A stretch of DNA of 64,000 nucleotides. It comes from an uncultured Desulfobacter sp. (GTDB taxonomy: Bacteria > Desulfobacterota > Desulfobacteria > Desulfobacterales > Desulfobacteraceae). The DNA lies in contig OY762069.1 of the NCBI GenBank assembly GCA_963665095.1, positions 2,688,001 through 2,752,000 on the forward strand, given 5' to 3'. The notes beneath the pieces were generated by a model that did no database searches, was not told the origin of the DNA, and saw nothing but the letters and a program-made list of their open reading frames with translations. Positions 10,476 to 21,697 of the stretch are shown one piece after another. The stretch's first letter is position 1; every line of letters begins with the position of its first letter. The translations under genes were made by a program, and so were the position numbers.

Positions 10476-10767
10476 ACTCCTTGTTTAATGATATAGTATT
10501 TTCATTAAAAATATTACCATAAATCATACCAATAAAACATCCGATTTTGAGTAAAATATAAAATACCGTCCTGCCTAAAACGCACAACGACAAGGGTTTT
10601 GAAGGCATCAAAAACTGTACCAAGCTAAAGGCAATGCCAGAATCAAGTAAAGAATCACTTGCATTCTGCGGTCCAATAACGGATACCTTAATGGGAATCC
10701 ATCCCGGCCTCATTTTCGCAGGTTGGGATGGGCGAAAATAATAGATGGAATTCATTCTTTGATTAGC

Positions 10768-10806
10768 TAGTGCCTGAACGAAAACCCCGCGTTTGGTGTT
10801 TGGACG
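10768..10806 (+). repeat. Truncated left end of the MITE-like element found at 32429
   Basis: 36/39 identity to 32429-32467. Confidence 0.8.
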
Positions 10807-10824
10807 GCTCGAAGAGGAGTTATT

Positions 10825-12063
10825 ATGCTTCAAGGCATCCTGGGTCTTATTGCTTTTACCGCCATTGCGGCATTCATGAGCGAAAACAAAAAAAGGATCT
10901 CTTTCAGGCTGATTTTTGCCGGACTTGGCCTGCAGCTGGGCCTGGGTCTATTGCTGTTGAAATTCGTATGGATACGCCAGGGGTTTCTCTATCTGAATAA
11001 TATTGTGGCAGCTATTTCCAAAGCCACCGGGGACGGAACCGCCATGGTGTTCGGATATGTGGGCGGTGGCCCTTTGCCCTTCCAGGAGTCCTATCCCGGG
11101 GCCTCATTTATCCTGGCGTTTCAGTCCCTGCCCCTGATACTGGTTATGAGCGCGTTATCAGCGGTTCTCTTTTACTGGAAAATCATTCCGGCAGTGGTGC
11201 GTTTCTTCAGCCTGATACTCAACAAAACACTGGGAACCGGCGGGGCTGAGGGCATCGGCATCTCTGCCAATATCTTTGTGGGCATGGTGGAGGCCCCCCT
11301 TTTGATCAAACCCTATCTTGCCGCCATGACCCGCAGTGAAATTTTCACCCTTATGACCTGCGGTATGGCCACCATTGCAGGAACAGTCATGGTGCTTTAC
11401 GCAACCATCCTGAGCCAGGCCATCCCTGACATTTTAGGGCACATTCTCACAGCCTCCATCATCAGTGCCCCGGCCGCCATTTTAATCTCAAAAATAATGA
11501 TACCGGAAACCTGCGATGTAACAGAAGGCGGCCTTTCCACGCCCCAGGCCTACACCAGCGTCATGGATGCCATCACCAAGGGCACGGTTTCCGGTATCGA
11601 CCTTTTGATAAACATTGTGGCCATGATTATTGTTCTTGTGGCCATGGTCAGCCTGATCAATATGGGTCTCGGGCTGTTTCCCGCATTTCAGGGGCAGGCG
11701 CTGACGCTGCAGCTGATTTTGGGCTGGGTCATGGCGCCTGTAACCTGGCTGATGGGGATCCCCTGGTCCGAAGCCGCTGCAACCGGGGCACTCATGGGCA
11801 AAAAAACCATTTTGAACGAGTTTATCGCTTATCTGGACCTGGCCCGCATCCCCGCTATGGAGTTAAGCCAACGCAGCCGCATTATCGTATCCTACGCCCT
11901 GTGCGGATTTGCCAACCCCGGCAGTCTGGGCATAATGATCGGCGGCATGGGCGCCATGATACCTGACAGAAGGGATGAAATCGTCTCCTTGGGATTCCGG
12001 TCCGTCATTGCCGGCACCCTGGCCACCTGCATGACCGGAGCGGTGGCAGGACTTTTTTTGTGA
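10825..12063 (+). CDS. nupC: NupC/CNT-family concentrative nucleoside transporter
   Basis: ANIFVGMVEAPL, MATIAG, NEFIAY and YALCGFAN motifs. Confidence 0.92.
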   Translation: MLQGILGLIAFTAIAAFMSENKKRISFRLIFAGLGLQLGLGLLLLKFVWIRQGFLYLNNIVAAISKATGDGTAMVFGYVGGGPLPFQESYPGASFILAFQSLPLILVMSALSAVLFYWKIIPAVVRFFSLILNKTLGTGGAEGIGISANIFVGMVEAPLLIKPYLAAMTRSEIFTLMTCGMATIAGTVMVLYATILSQAIPDILGHILTASIISAPAAILISKIMIPETCDVTEGGLSTPQAYTSVMDAITKGTVSGIDLLINIVAMIIVLVAMVSLINMGLGLFPAFQGQALTLQLILGWVMAPVTWLMGIPWSEAAATGALMGKKTILNEFIAYLDLARIPAMELSQRSRIIVSYALCGFANPGSLGIMIGGMGAMIPDRRDEIVSLGFRSVIAGTLATCMTGAVAGLFL

Positions 12064-12097
12064 CCACTGTCATACATCGGCTGGTATGATCCCAAAA

Positions 12098-12646
12098 TCA
12101 GACAGGCCGGTTGCGGATGACCGCCTTCAACCGTAAAATTTTGGGCTGGATATCAAAAACAGCCGGTATCAGCGACGGAGAGGCTTCCAGCACAGCCAGG
12201 GCTTTTTGGGCAACGGAAACAGCTGCGCGTACCCTGCCGTAGGCCAGCAACTCAAATGTGCCGGCAGTTCGTATCAGGGCCTGCAGAAGCTGTTTCTCCC
12301 TGCCCTGCACCCTCCGGAAATCCTGCTCCAGCCATTCATGGCATTCAAAAAAAAGCTGTTCGTCCCAGAGCAGTCCGGCAACAGCATACATATCACCGGC
12401 CCGGTCAGCAGGCCACGATGTAATGCCATGCCATACTCTTTCATAACAGTCACAGCGGTATTTAATATATTTCCGGGCCCTGCCGGATATATTTTCTTTA
12501 TCCAGGGCAGCGACTGCATTTGTAACAGGATCCTGCCGGTTCTGGTGCAGCATTGAAATAAATGCACTGCCCAGAATATTTCTCACATCCCGGTCTGCCC
12601 GGTTCTCAAAGGGATCAAATAAATTTTCCATAACAACTGCTCTCAT
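12098..12646 (-). CDS. DUF309-domain protein
   Basis: FFECHEWLE...LLQALI motif; start uncertain. Confidence 0.7.
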   Translation of the reverse strand: MRAVVMENLFDPFENRADRDVRNILGSAFISMLHQNRQDPVTNAVAALDKENISGRARKYIKYRCDCYERVWHGITSWPADRAGDMYAVAGLLWDEQLFFECHEWLEQDFRRVQGREKQLLQALIRTAGTFELLAYGRVRAAVSVAQKALAVLEASPSLIPAVFDIQPKILRLKAVIRNRPV

Positions 12647-12813
12647 ACCTGAAAATCCAACCAAATATCAAGCACAGCTTTTTCTAATCATATTTTTACA
12701 TAAAAACATCAATAAAAGCATTGAGATCCTGCTCAAAAAATCGTAAGGGTTTTTTACTGTTAAAAAAAGTTTTGAATAAATAACACTGATAACGAGCTAA
12801 TACAGGTGAAAAA

Positions 12814-14901
12814 TTGAAACTGAAACAAAAAATTCTGGGTGTTATCCTGTTTGTCGTCCTTATGGTAATGGTCATTTCTTCTCTGGTTGTTTCCTACAAA
12901 ATATATAACCAGAATTTGGACGCCACCAACGCGGGCCTGATCGTGGGTGCCAATACCGTGAAATCAAAAATAAATGACAGCCAGGCTGATCTGATCAAAA
13001 AAATTCATCAAATGGATTCCCTGTTCAAAGTGGGGGAAAACGTCAAATACCTGGACAAATACAAAACAAAATTTGACCTGAGCATGACGGAACCGTCCTT
13101 TGTGGACCTAACAAGCGCCCTGTTTGCGACGGCAACGGTAAACCAGCTCGACATCATTTCCCTGTATGATAATGCAGGAGAACTTTTGGCCTTTTGCGAA
13201 AAACAGGCGGACGGCACCCGGATTACCGGCTACTTTTGTGTCAATCCCAAACGAGAGTTCAGGATTACCAAAACCGAAGACAACGCGGACTTGAAAACAA
13301 GCCAGTGGTCCGGCCGGGCGACCCTGGATGAATTGATCAGCCCGCTGAACCGGCCCACGGATGTTAAGACCTCTGCCAGCCTGAAAAAAATGGATAAAGC
13401 CCTATCCCTGGCCATTGAGGTCCCTTTAAGCAAAGAGAAAAAAAAGGGACCGGAACCCAGAGGCGTCGTTGTTCTGTCCCGGGAACTTGGCAAGGGTTTT
13501 GCCCGGCAGATGGCAGAAGTAACCGGGCTGCATGTAAATATTTTTGCAGGAAATGAACTGGCCTGCGGGAATATGCCCGGATACGCAAAATTAACAGACG
13601 GGCTGATGCCGGAATCTGCCCCAGACGCCTGGACCCTGAACACCCAGGAGGTACTGCCGGGCCAGGTTGAAAGTCAGGGGATCTCCTATTTTATTGGCCT
13701 GATTCCGGTTTTTGACCAGACCAATCCAGTCGGAGCCCTTGCCCTTCTGACCTCCGGCAAAACAGTAAGAGACAATACCCTTCACGTGGTGTATACCCTT
13801 TTGGTGGTCTATCTTTGCTGCATTGTGCTGATTATTCCCGTGGCCTTTTTCTTTTCCAGATCCATGGTCCAGTCTATCTTACAGGTGACGGCAAGCCTTA
13901 AAGATGTGGCCCAGGGTGAGGGGGATCTGACCAAGCGCATTGAAATAACATCCCATGACGAAATCGGAGAGTTGTCCAAGTGGTTTAATATGTTTATCGA
14001 AAAACTTCAGACCATGATCGTGGAGATATCTGCAAGTTCACAGGCATTGTCTCAGGCAGTGGACGTGGCCAGAAACGAGACAGGCGCCATCTCCAAAGGC
14101 TCGGATAAAATGGCCGAGATCACCCGGGCAGTTACCCAGTCCACGGCGGAAATGAGCTCAGAAATCTCCGGATTTTCCCAAGTGGTGAACACTGCATCCG
14201 ATAATCTGGAAATCGTCGCCACATCCACCGATGAGATGACGGCCACCATCAATGAAATCGCCCGGAATGCGGAATCAGCCAGGGCCATGAGCCACGAAAC
14301 CGGAAATAAGATTCACCTGGCTCAGGATAAGGTCCATCAACTGGGAATGGAGGCCCAGGCAATCAATGCCTTTACCGAATCCATCAGTGATATCTCCGAA
14401 CAGACCAATCTTTTGGCCCTGAACGCCACCATTGAAGCGGCAAGGGCAGGAGAAGCCGGAAAAGGATTTGCCGTAGTGGCCGGAGAGATCAAGGCTTTGG
14501 CCAACCAGACCGCTGTCGCCACAGGAGATATCAAACAGAAAATTGCCAGTATCCTCTCATCGTCCAGTTCCACAGTGAATGAGATGGATGCCATTTCAAA
14601 AGAGTTTGGCAATATGAATGACCTGGTTAACGAAATTGCCGCAGCCATTGAAGAGCAGACCGCTGTCACAAAGGAGATATCCAGCACCACCGCCAGCGTG
14701 GCCTCAGGCATTTCAGAGGTCAGTTCAAACATTGCCCTGTTTGACCAGCAGACAAAGGAGATTGCCACAGAAATGGATGAGGTCAGCCGGGCCACGGCCA
14801 CCATGTCTGAGAACTGTACCCGTATTGAAGCTGATACGGTGGGAATGACAGAGGAGACCGGAAAACTTGACAAGCTGATCAACCGGTTTGTGATCAGGTA
14901 G
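12814..14901 (+). CDS. Methyl-accepting chemotaxis protein
   Basis: Two TM segments, HAMP and [27 protein letters not shown] signature; TTG start. Confidence 0.95.
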   Translation: MKLKQKILGVILFVVLMVMVISSLVVSYKIYNQNLDATNAGLIVGANTVKSKINDSQADLIKKIHQMDSLFKVGENVKYLDKYKTKFDLSMTEPSFVDLTSALFATATVNQLDIISLYDNAGELLAFCEKQADGTRITGYFCVNPKREFRITKTEDNADLKTSQWSGRATLDELISPLNRPTDVKTSASLKKMDKALSLAIEVPLSKEKKKGPEPRGVVVLSRELGKGFARQMAEVTGLHVNIFAGNELACGNMPGYAKLTDGLMPESAPDAWTLNTQEVLPGQVESQGISYFIGLIPVFDQTNPVGALALLTSGKTVRDNTLHVVYTLLVVYLCCIVLIIPVAFFFSRSMVQSILQVTASLKDVAQGEGDLTKRIEITSHDEIGELSKWFNMFIEKLQTMIVEISASSQALSQAVDVARNETGAISKGSDKMAEITRAVTQSTAEMSSEISGFSQVVNTASDNLEIVATSTDEMTATINEIARNAESARAMSHETGNKIHLAQDKVHQLGMEAQAINAFTESISDISEQTNLLALNATIEAARAGEAGKGFAVVAGEIKALANQTAVATGDIKQKIASILSSSSSTVNEMDAISKEFGNMNDLVNEIAAAIEEQTAVTKEISSTTASVASGISEVSSNIALFDQQTKEIATEMDEVSRATATMSENCTRIEADTVGMTEETGKLDKLINRFVIR

Positions 14902-15093
14902 TCCGGCTGTATATTCTGCCATTTACTGCGGGTCGGATTCTTATACACATAGATTCCGGCCCGCAACTGCTTCACCGAAATCAACCACCAGGGGCATAAA
15001 AATGGAACCGGTAAAAAAATTTTAAGCCCCCTCACCTCTCCTTGACAAAAAGAGTCCTTGTGTCCTAATCCTATCTGTCAGGAATTGAAAAGT

Positions 15094-16131
15094 ATGAACA
15101 TAAGAACCCAAAGGGAATCCGTCTTCATGAGATATATAAATGTGATAGAAAAAAACAACGGCACACCTCCTTTAGGAGCGATCAGGAACGCATCACCGTC
15201 CTGTGAGGTGGATATTGCCATCCCCAACACCCATCTATCCGGATATTTTGAACATATTCACATCCGGCAGGGCATAAAAATGGTCATCACCAATCATGAG
15301 GAACACAATACCCTTCAAATGGATTATGACGTTGAAAATGCGCCCATATCATTCAGCTTTAACCTCTCCCAGAGCATATGTAACACCATGACCAGCGGCC
15401 GAAAATGGAAACGTATAATAGAGCGATTCCCCGGTGATGCTGTTGTGGCGTATCTTCCCCAAACCAAAGGAACCAATGTTATTTTACCCCATAACAGAAT
15501 TACCGGTGTTGCCCTTCATTTCTGCCCGCACACCTTTTTTTCCCTGTTTAAGGAGCAGCCGGACTGCCTGAAGCAATTGCACTCGGTTTCAAACGCTTTA
15601 AACGATATCCGTTTTTTTCACCACTCCCGTATAAAAACGGATACCCTTCCGGTGCTCAGACAGATACTTGAGTGCCCTTATACCGGAGAAACGAAAAGAT
15701 TATATTTAGAGGCTAAAGCCCTTGAACTTGTAGCAATAAAGCTGGCAGAACTGGAAAAAGGGCAGCAACAGCATGCAGCCCATACCCTGGCCCCCAGGGA
15801 TCTGGACCGGACCAGGGAAGCACACCATATCCTGATGACCCGACTGGATCACCCCCCAACCCTTTATGATTTAAGCCTCCTGGTGGGAACCAATCGCAAC
15901 AAGCTGAACCAGGGATTTAAAGAAATTTACGGAGACACCGTTTTCAACGTGTTACGCACTGCCCGACTCAGCAAGGCAAGAACCCTGATGATACAGACCA
16001 GTTTAAGCCTGTCGGAGATCGCTTTATCAGTTGGCTACAACAGCCAGGCCAATTTCACCACCGCATTCAGAAAAGAATTCGGCACCCCGCCCAACACCTT
16101 TCGCCGAAACTTAGCCCCCAGACTGGCATAA
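15094..16131 (+). CDS. AraC-family regulator (PchR/YbtA-like)
   Basis: LYLEAKALEL and VGYNSQANFTTAFRKEFG motifs; lies upstream of a TonB receptor. Start uncertain. Confidence 0.9.
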   Translation: MNIRTQRESVFMRYINVIEKNNGTPPLGAIRNASPSCEVDIAIPNTHLSGYFEHIHIRQGIKMVITNHEEHNTLQMDYDVENAPISFSFNLSQSICNTMTSGRKWKRIIERFPGDAVVAYLPQTKGTNVILPHNRITGVALHFCPHTFFSLFKEQPDCLKQLHSVSNALNDIRFFHHSRIKTDTLPVLRQILECPYTGETKRLYLEAKALELVAIKLAELEKGQQQHAAHTLAPRDLDRTREAHHILMTRLDHPPTLYDLSLLVGTNRNKLNQGFKEIYGDTVFNVLRTARLSKARTLMIQTSLSLSEIALSVGYNSQANFTTAFRKEFGTPPNTFRRNLAPRLA

Positions 16132-16383
16132 TACTATTCTGGGGGAGACGTGTTTGATTTCACCGTTGCCCTCAACCTGTGCGGCTGACATAAAAACAAG
16201 TGCATGTGTCAAAAGACAAAAAATATGGGGTATTGTAATCACAGGCAGCATTGCAGTCTTATTTAACGTATTATGGTTGTAGACAGACAGATCAAAAACA
16301 AATAACCGTGCGGTTGAAGCCGCATTTAAACCATAGTCTTTTTAAAAAGCCGCAATAAAACTTTTTTAAGCAAAACAATTTAA

Positions 16384-16468
16384 GACTCTTATAGATTAGA
16401 GTCCGGCAAGCCATGAAGGCGCTTTCCCTTTGAAAAGGGAAGATGTTTTCATGGCTTTTCATTTTTTC
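16384..16468 (+). promoter_or_regulatory. Structured 5' leader: small hairpin, then a long terminator-like hairpin and U-tract before the TonB receptor
   Basis: gactct/agagtc (16384-16403); aagccatgaa...ttcccttt-ga-aaagggaa...ttcatggctt (16408-16457) followed by ttcattttttc. Confidence 0.5.
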
Positions 16469-16515
16469 AACTTAATTATTTTAACAGGACACCATGGAGA
16501 AAGGGGAATATAAAG

Positions 16516-18657
16516 ATGAAACCATTCTTGGCTGCAGTTGTTGTTTTAGGAGTGCTGATATCAGGTATCGCCCTTGCTGGGGAGCAGGACGTTCAACAAA
16601 TTGAAGACGTGGTGGTCACCGAAAAAAAGGAAGGGCCTGTTATTACACTTACCCCGGAAAAAACCACCATCAACATAGACAGCTATGAGACAACAGGTAC
16701 GCCCCAGAATGTCTCAGACTTTTTTAAGGACCAGGCCATTATCGATTTCAGAGGCGCCACAGATCTGGTTCCCGGAGATCTGGTGGATGGGGACGACTCT
16801 ATTTATATGCGCGGTTTTGGCAGTAACCGGTTCACCTCTGCCATTGACGGGTCCAACATCCACAAGCACGGGGGGCGCAGTGCCCTTCATGTGGTGGACT
16901 ACTCACTGATCCCGCCTTTTTTAATTGACGAGGTTGAGATCCTGACAGGCCCTCACTCAGCCCTCTATCCGGGCCAGAGCATCGCCGGGGTGATTAACAT
17001 GGTCACCCGGGCACCGGAACAGTATGACTCACTAAAACCGGAACTGAGCTTTCAGACCAGTTTTAAATCCTACAACACCCAGAACCACAGCATATACATC
17101 CGCGGCGGTGCAAAAAATTTCATCTATGATGCCGGATATCAACGGTACGCCACAGACGGCTACCTCAGACACGCCGAAGCGGATATTGATACGGCGTTCT
17201 GCCGGTTGGGATACATCCTGCCTTCGGATGCATATGTTACGTTTCAGGTCTCTCAAACCAGGGCAGACCGGGAAATTCCCATAAAGAATGACCCTGCCAA
17301 TTCAGATTATGACAATGACTATCCCGATGTTTCGACCTCCTCCTATTATGGATGGCAGACGCCTGAATGGAATGAAGATGCCATCTCATACCGGCTGAAT
17401 TACCACCAGCCCTCACCTGTGGGGGTATGGGATTTTAATGCCTATTACAGTGAGGAGACCTGGGAAAAGTATCTGCTCAGGAACAGCTCCGGAGAGCTGT
17501 ACAATGCCGGCTTTGAGTGCACATGGCATCAGCAGGGAGCCTTGCTCAAAGACACTATTACCTTCTCAGAAAACCATGTCACCACCATTGGCGCGGATCT
17601 GCAGCAGTTTTATGATGGCTGGACCAGTGCCACCAGACCGAACCTTGCCTTTGATGATGAAAAACGGGTTGAAACAGCCGCTGGGTTTGCCCAGCATGAG
17701 TGGCAAATGATTCCAAGACTGACTCTGACGGCCGGGTTACGCTACGAGCATGTGGATGTACGCATAGACAACCAGTCCGTCTCCACGGGTCAGCTGCTTA
17801 TCACAGGCCAGCCCAGATGGATCGAGCGCAGCTGGGCCCAATGGGTTCCGAAATCCTTCCTGACTTATGAGCTGGATGACCTTGCATCAAGCCTCAGGGA
17901 TACATCAATCTCCATGGGCATCAGTAAAATCTGGCGGGCACCGACCAACTACGGGGAATTCAACCCCAGGTGTATCCCTGCCGGGGCCTGGGTGGAGCCG
18001 GAGCATGGTATCGGATATGACTTTGTGGTATCCAGACGACTTTTTAAGGATATCCATCTGAAATTCAATTACGCCTACTATGAAATAAAAGATTATCTTG
18101 CCTGGAACTGGGATTATGCGGAATACACGCCGAGCAGCACCAACACTGTACCGCCCGGCATGGAATACTCCGATTATGTCATCAACCTTGAAAAGGTAAT
18201 CCGCCACGGCATTGAACTTCAACTCAACGGCCATCTGACGGACAAACTCTCCTTTTACCTGGGGTATGCCTACCAGAAATTTGAAAACAAAGGGGGAGAG
18301 CCGGCCGGGGAAACCGCCATTGATAACCTGGCCAAATACAGGGTCAACGGTGGGTTACGATATCAGTTATTCCGGGACACGTTAGTTTTGCTGGACTACA
18401 AATTCCAGGATGATCAGGTGGTTCAGAATGCCGAAGAGGTCAGTGCCGGGGAGTGGGTCTTTACTGAAGTTGCAATGGACGCCTACCATGTATTTGACTT
18501 GGCAGTCCAGCAAAACCTGTTTAAAAAGTGGGGCATACTGAAAAACGCCACGTTGAAAGTATACGTCAACAACCTGCTTGATGAGGATTACGAAAACCTT
18601 TCCGGCTATCCTGCCACGGACAGGACCTTTGGTTTCTCTTTAGGATTTGATATCTGA
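16516..18657 (+). CDS. TonB-dependent outer membrane receptor
   Basis: Signal peptide, TonB box EDVVVT, plug motifs (IYMRGF; IDEVEILTGPHSALY...AGVINMVT) and NNLLDEDY near the C-terminus. Confidence 0.93.
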   Translation: MKPFLAAVVVLGVLISGIALAGEQDVQQIEDVVVTEKKEGPVITLTPEKTTINIDSYETTGTPQNVSDFFKDQAIIDFRGATDLVPGDLVDGDDSIYMRGFGSNRFTSAIDGSNIHKHGGRSALHVVDYSLIPPFLIDEVEILTGPHSALYPGQSIAGVINMVTRAPEQYDSLKPELSFQTSFKSYNTQNHSIYIRGGAKNFIYDAGYQRYATDGYLRHAEADIDTAFCRLGYILPSDAYVTFQVSQTRADREIPIKNDPANSDYDNDYPDVSTSSYYGWQTPEWNEDAISYRLNYHQPSPVGVWDFNAYYSEETWEKYLLRNSSGELYNAGFECTWHQQGALLKDTITFSENHVTTIGADLQQFYDGWTSATRPNLAFDDEKRVETAAGFAQHEWQMIPRLTLTAGLRYEHVDVRIDNQSVSTGQLLITGQPRWIERSWAQWVPKSFLTYELDDLASSLRDTSISMGISKIWRAPTNYGEFNPRCIPAGAWVEPEHGIGYDFVVSRRLFKDIHLKFNYAYYEIKDYLAWNWDYAEYTPSSTNTVPPGMEYSDYVINLEKVIRHGIELQLNGHLTDKLSFYLGYAYQKFENKGGEPAGETAIDNLAKYRVNGGLRYQLFRDTLVLLDYKFQDDQVVQNAEEVSAGEWVFTEVAMDAYHVFDLAVQQNLFKKWGILKNATLKVYVNNLLDEDYENLSGYPATDRTFGFSLGFDI

Positions 18658-19778
18658 TGATGAAAATATCAGGATTGCTCCTTAGTGCCGCCATTTTAGC
18701 TGTGGCGGCACTGTTCACCACAGGATGCACGGAACAAAACAATCCAGACAATCACTCAGGTGCAGTTAAAAAAATTACAGACTGTGCCGGCCGGGAAGTC
18801 ACGGTTCCGGTTAAGGTGACCCGGGTGGTGGATCTGGCGCTTCTGGACGGCACCCGGACCCTGGTCGAGCTCAACGCTGAATCCCTGCTTGTGGGCATCA
18901 ATGATACGGTTAAAAACTTTATGTTTGGCAAGGAGGGACAAAATTTTTCCTGCTGGTTTGCGGCCCCGAAAAAGGCACCTCAGATACAGTCGCTGCCAAG
19001 CGTGGGCAGCTGCCGGGAACCCGGTGTGGAGTTTATAGCATCGCTGAAACCGGACATCATTCTGGCCAGTGCCTCCTACGGGGACCAGGCGGATGCCATC
19101 GAGAAACAGACCGGTATTCCTGTGGTCTGTATCAGGGCCTTTGGCTGCCTTGATTTTAAAATGCTCCAACTGGTGGCGGACCTGGTGGGAAAACAGGAAA
19201 GAGCCCGGTTCCTGATCAGCTATGCCGAAGAAACAATCAGGGGAATGGCCCAAAGGACTGCCGCCATTCCCAAGGACCAACGGGTAAAAGTCTTTTTCTG
19301 GGGGTGGCCTGTCAGCGGTGCCCCAAGGACCATTGCCCCCTATGACCCCATTGATCTTGCAGGCGGGTTCAATGTAGCCATGCAGGCCGCTGTCAGGCCC
19401 TATGAGAGTTACAACACCACAAAGGAGCAGCTGGCGGTCTGGAACCCGGATGTAATTATGCTTCAATGGTGGACAAAAAAGGATATCGGGGTCCGGATCA
19501 CCACCATCCTTTCCGATCCCTGTTTTCAAACCGTGTCTGCTGTTAAAAACAGGCAGGTGTTTTACTGGCGGACCTTCATGAAGGGCTGGGACCCGGCCAT
19601 GGGGTTGTGTGAAATCTTTTATCTAGCAAAGCTGTTTTATCCGGAAGCAAACAAAGAGATGGATGTTGAAGCCCGATGTAACGAAATCATGGCAACGTTT
19701 TATGAGGTAGAAGGCCTGTACACTGACCTTCTGGCCAACAGTGAAATTCATTCGTGGAAACAAAAGGAAAAACCTTGA
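18657..19778 (+). CDS. Iron-siderophore/cobalamin ABC substrate-binding lipoprotein
   Basis: Lipobox TTGC, TDCAGREVTVP and EFIASLKPDII motifs. Confidence 0.9.
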   Translation: MMKISGLLLSAAILAVAALFTTGCTEQNNPDNHSGAVKKITDCAGREVTVPVKVTRVVDLALLDGTRTLVELNAESLLVGINDTVKNFMFGKEGQNFSCWFAAPKKAPQIQSLPSVGSCREPGVEFIASLKPDIILASASYGDQADAIEKQTGIPVVCIRAFGCLDFKMLQLVADLVGKQERARFLISYAEETIRGMAQRTAAIPKDQRVKVFFWGWPVSGAPRTIAPYDPIDLAGGFNVAMQAAVRPYESYNTTKEQLAVWNPDVIMLQWWTKKDIGVRITTILSDPCFQTVSAVKNRQVFYWRTFMKGWDPAMGLCEIFYLAKLFYPEANKEMDVEARCNEIMATFYEVEGLYTDLLANSEIHSWKQKEKP

Positions 19779-19810
19779 AGGGGATAAACCGGACGGTGAG
19801 AGGAACTGGA

Positions 19811-20899
19811 GTGACAAAAATCATTTCCAAAGATACCTGCGGCACGCCTAAGGCTCTGGCGGACTACAAACACAATGCTCTCAGAAAAAAATGGTTGATG
19901 ATGGCGCTCGCGACCTCCACAGGCATCATTGCCATGGTCTCCATGACAATGGGGCCTGTGGATATCCCGGTGGGTGATATTTTTGCCGTGCTGGTTCACA
20001 AGATGTTACCAGGCATTTTGGTCCTGCCGGATGAGCTTGCCCAAAGAACCATCTGGTATATGCGGCTGCCCAGGCTGCTCATGGGACTTTGCGCCGGGTT
20101 CAGCCTTGCCGTGGCCGGGGCTGTGATGCAGCCGGTGCTCAGAAATCCTCTGGCGAGCCCTTTTACCCTGGGCATATCTGCTGGTGCCGGATTCGGGGCA
20201 GCCCTTGCCATTCTTTTCGGCAAAGGGGTGGGCGCCGGCACCTTTTTTGTAGTGATCAATGCCTTTGTCTTTGCCCTTTTCACCGCACTGGTCATCCTGG
20301 CTCTGGCTCGTTACAAAGGGGCCACCCCCGGGAATATGGTGCTGGCCGGCATAGCTCTGTCCTATCTGTTCAGTGCAGGCACCACCATGATGCAATATTT
20401 TGCCCAGTCATGGGCCGTGGCCGAGGTGGTCTTCTGGATGGTGGGAAGCCTTGCAAAGGCTACATGGAAAAGCCTTTCATTCATGCTGCCGGTGATGGCT
20501 GTGTGCCTGCCCTATTTGATGTACAAATCCCAGGCCCTGAATCTGATGAGCACCGGTGATGATGTTGCCGAAAGTCTCGGGGCAAGTGTCCGGTACACCC
20601 GGATGACGGTATTGACAGCGGCCTCTTTATTAACTGCCGCGACCATCTGCTTTACCGGTACCATCGGATTCATCGGCCTTGTGGGTCCCCATATTGCAAG
20701 AATGATCTTTGGCGGGGACAACCGGTTTGTCATACCGGCGTCAGGCATGATCGGCGCCCTTCTGCTCAGCGGATCAGACCTTTTGGCCATGAATCTCATC
20801 GCACCCACAGTTCTCCCCATAGGGGTCATGACCTCGTTCATGGGGGTGCCGCTGTTTATTTATCTGATTGTAAAAAACAGGAGTGAGTTTTGGGGATAG
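19811..20899 (+). CDS. FecCD/BtuC-family ABC permease
   Basis: RLPRLL, RNPLASPFTLGISAGA and GTIGFIGLVGPH motifs; GTG start with RBS. Confidence 0.93.
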   Translation: MTKIISKDTCGTPKALADYKHNALRKKWLMMALATSTGIIAMVSMTMGPVDIPVGDIFAVLVHKMLPGILVLPDELAQRTIWYMRLPRLLMGLCAGFSLAVAGAVMQPVLRNPLASPFTLGISAGAGFGAALAILFGKGVGAGTFFVVINAFVFALFTALVILALARYKGATPGNMVLAGIALSYLFSAGTTMMQYFAQSWAVAEVVFWMVGSLAKATWKSLSFMLPVMAVCLPYLMYKSQALNLMSTGDDVAESLGASVRYTRMTVLTAASLLTAATICFTGTIGFIGLVGPHIARMIFGGDNRFVIPASGMIGALLLSGSDLLAMNLIAPTVLPIGVMTSFMGVPLFIYLIVKNRSEFWG

Positions 20900-21669
20900 C
20901 ACTTAAAACAAACCATTTGAGCTTTGGTTATGACGGGGCATTGGTTCTTGATGATGTGACCTTTGAACTTAGACCTGAAGAAATCCTGGCTGTCATAGGT
21001 CCCAACGGTGCCGGAAAGTCCACGCTTCTAAAATGCGTGGACGGACTGCTCACATACAGAAAGGGATGCATTGAAGTGGACGGCAATAATATCAGAAAAA
21101 TTCACCGCAGGGCCCTTGCCCGGTTTATGGCATATGTCCCGCAAACCATGTCAACCATCTTCCCGTTCAAAGTGCTGGATATGGTTCTGCAGGGGCGGTA
21201 TCCCCATGGCCGGTATCGACGCAGACAGGCAGACCTTGACAAGGCGTTCAATGCCCTGGAGCTGATGGGGATTGCAGACCTTGCCATGCGGGACTTCCAG
21301 GGAATCAGCGGGGGCCAGCAGCAAAAAGTCACCATTGCAAGGGCACTGGCCCAGGAAGCAAGTATCCTCCTGCTGGATGAGCCTACCAGCAACCTGGATA
21401 TATTTCATCAGCTTGAGGTGATGGAGACCATCCGGTACCTGGTAAAACAAAGCGGCATCTCCGCCATGATATCCATCCATGACCTGAATCTGGCAGCTCG
21501 GTATGCCGACACCCTGATCATGCTGAAACAGGGCAGAATCATTGCAAAAGGAACGCCCTCTTTTGTTTTAACCCCTGAAAACATTGCGCGGGTATATAAC
21601 GTTGAAGTCAATATCAGCCATGCTGACGGCAGGCCCTGTATTGTCCCTTTAAAACCCATGATGAATTAA
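20890..21669 (+). CDS. FecE/BtuD-type ABC ATPase
   Basis: GPNGAGKST, ISGGQQQK, LLLDEPTSNLD and HDLNLA motifs. Confidence 0.95.
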   Translation: MGIALKTNHLSFGYDGALVLDDVTFELRPEEILAVIGPNGAGKSTLLKCVDGLLTYRKGCIEVDGNNIRKIHRRALARFMAYVPQTMSTIFPFKVLDMVLQGRYPHGRYRRRQADLDKAFNALELMGIADLAMRDFQGISGGQQQKVTIARALAQEASILLLDEPTSNLDIFHQLEVMETIRYLVKQSGISAMISIHDLNLAARYADTLIMLKQGRIIAKGTPSFVLTPENIARVYNVEVNISHADGRPCIVPLKPMMN

Positions 21670-21697
21670 ATATTAGAATCAGTTAAAAGGAAAACTC

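Noticed and set aside
16132..16515. Cobalamin riboswitch or Fur box upstream of the TonB receptor
   Set aside because: Conserved B12-box and GGGAA core elements and a clear Fur palindrome could not be identified.
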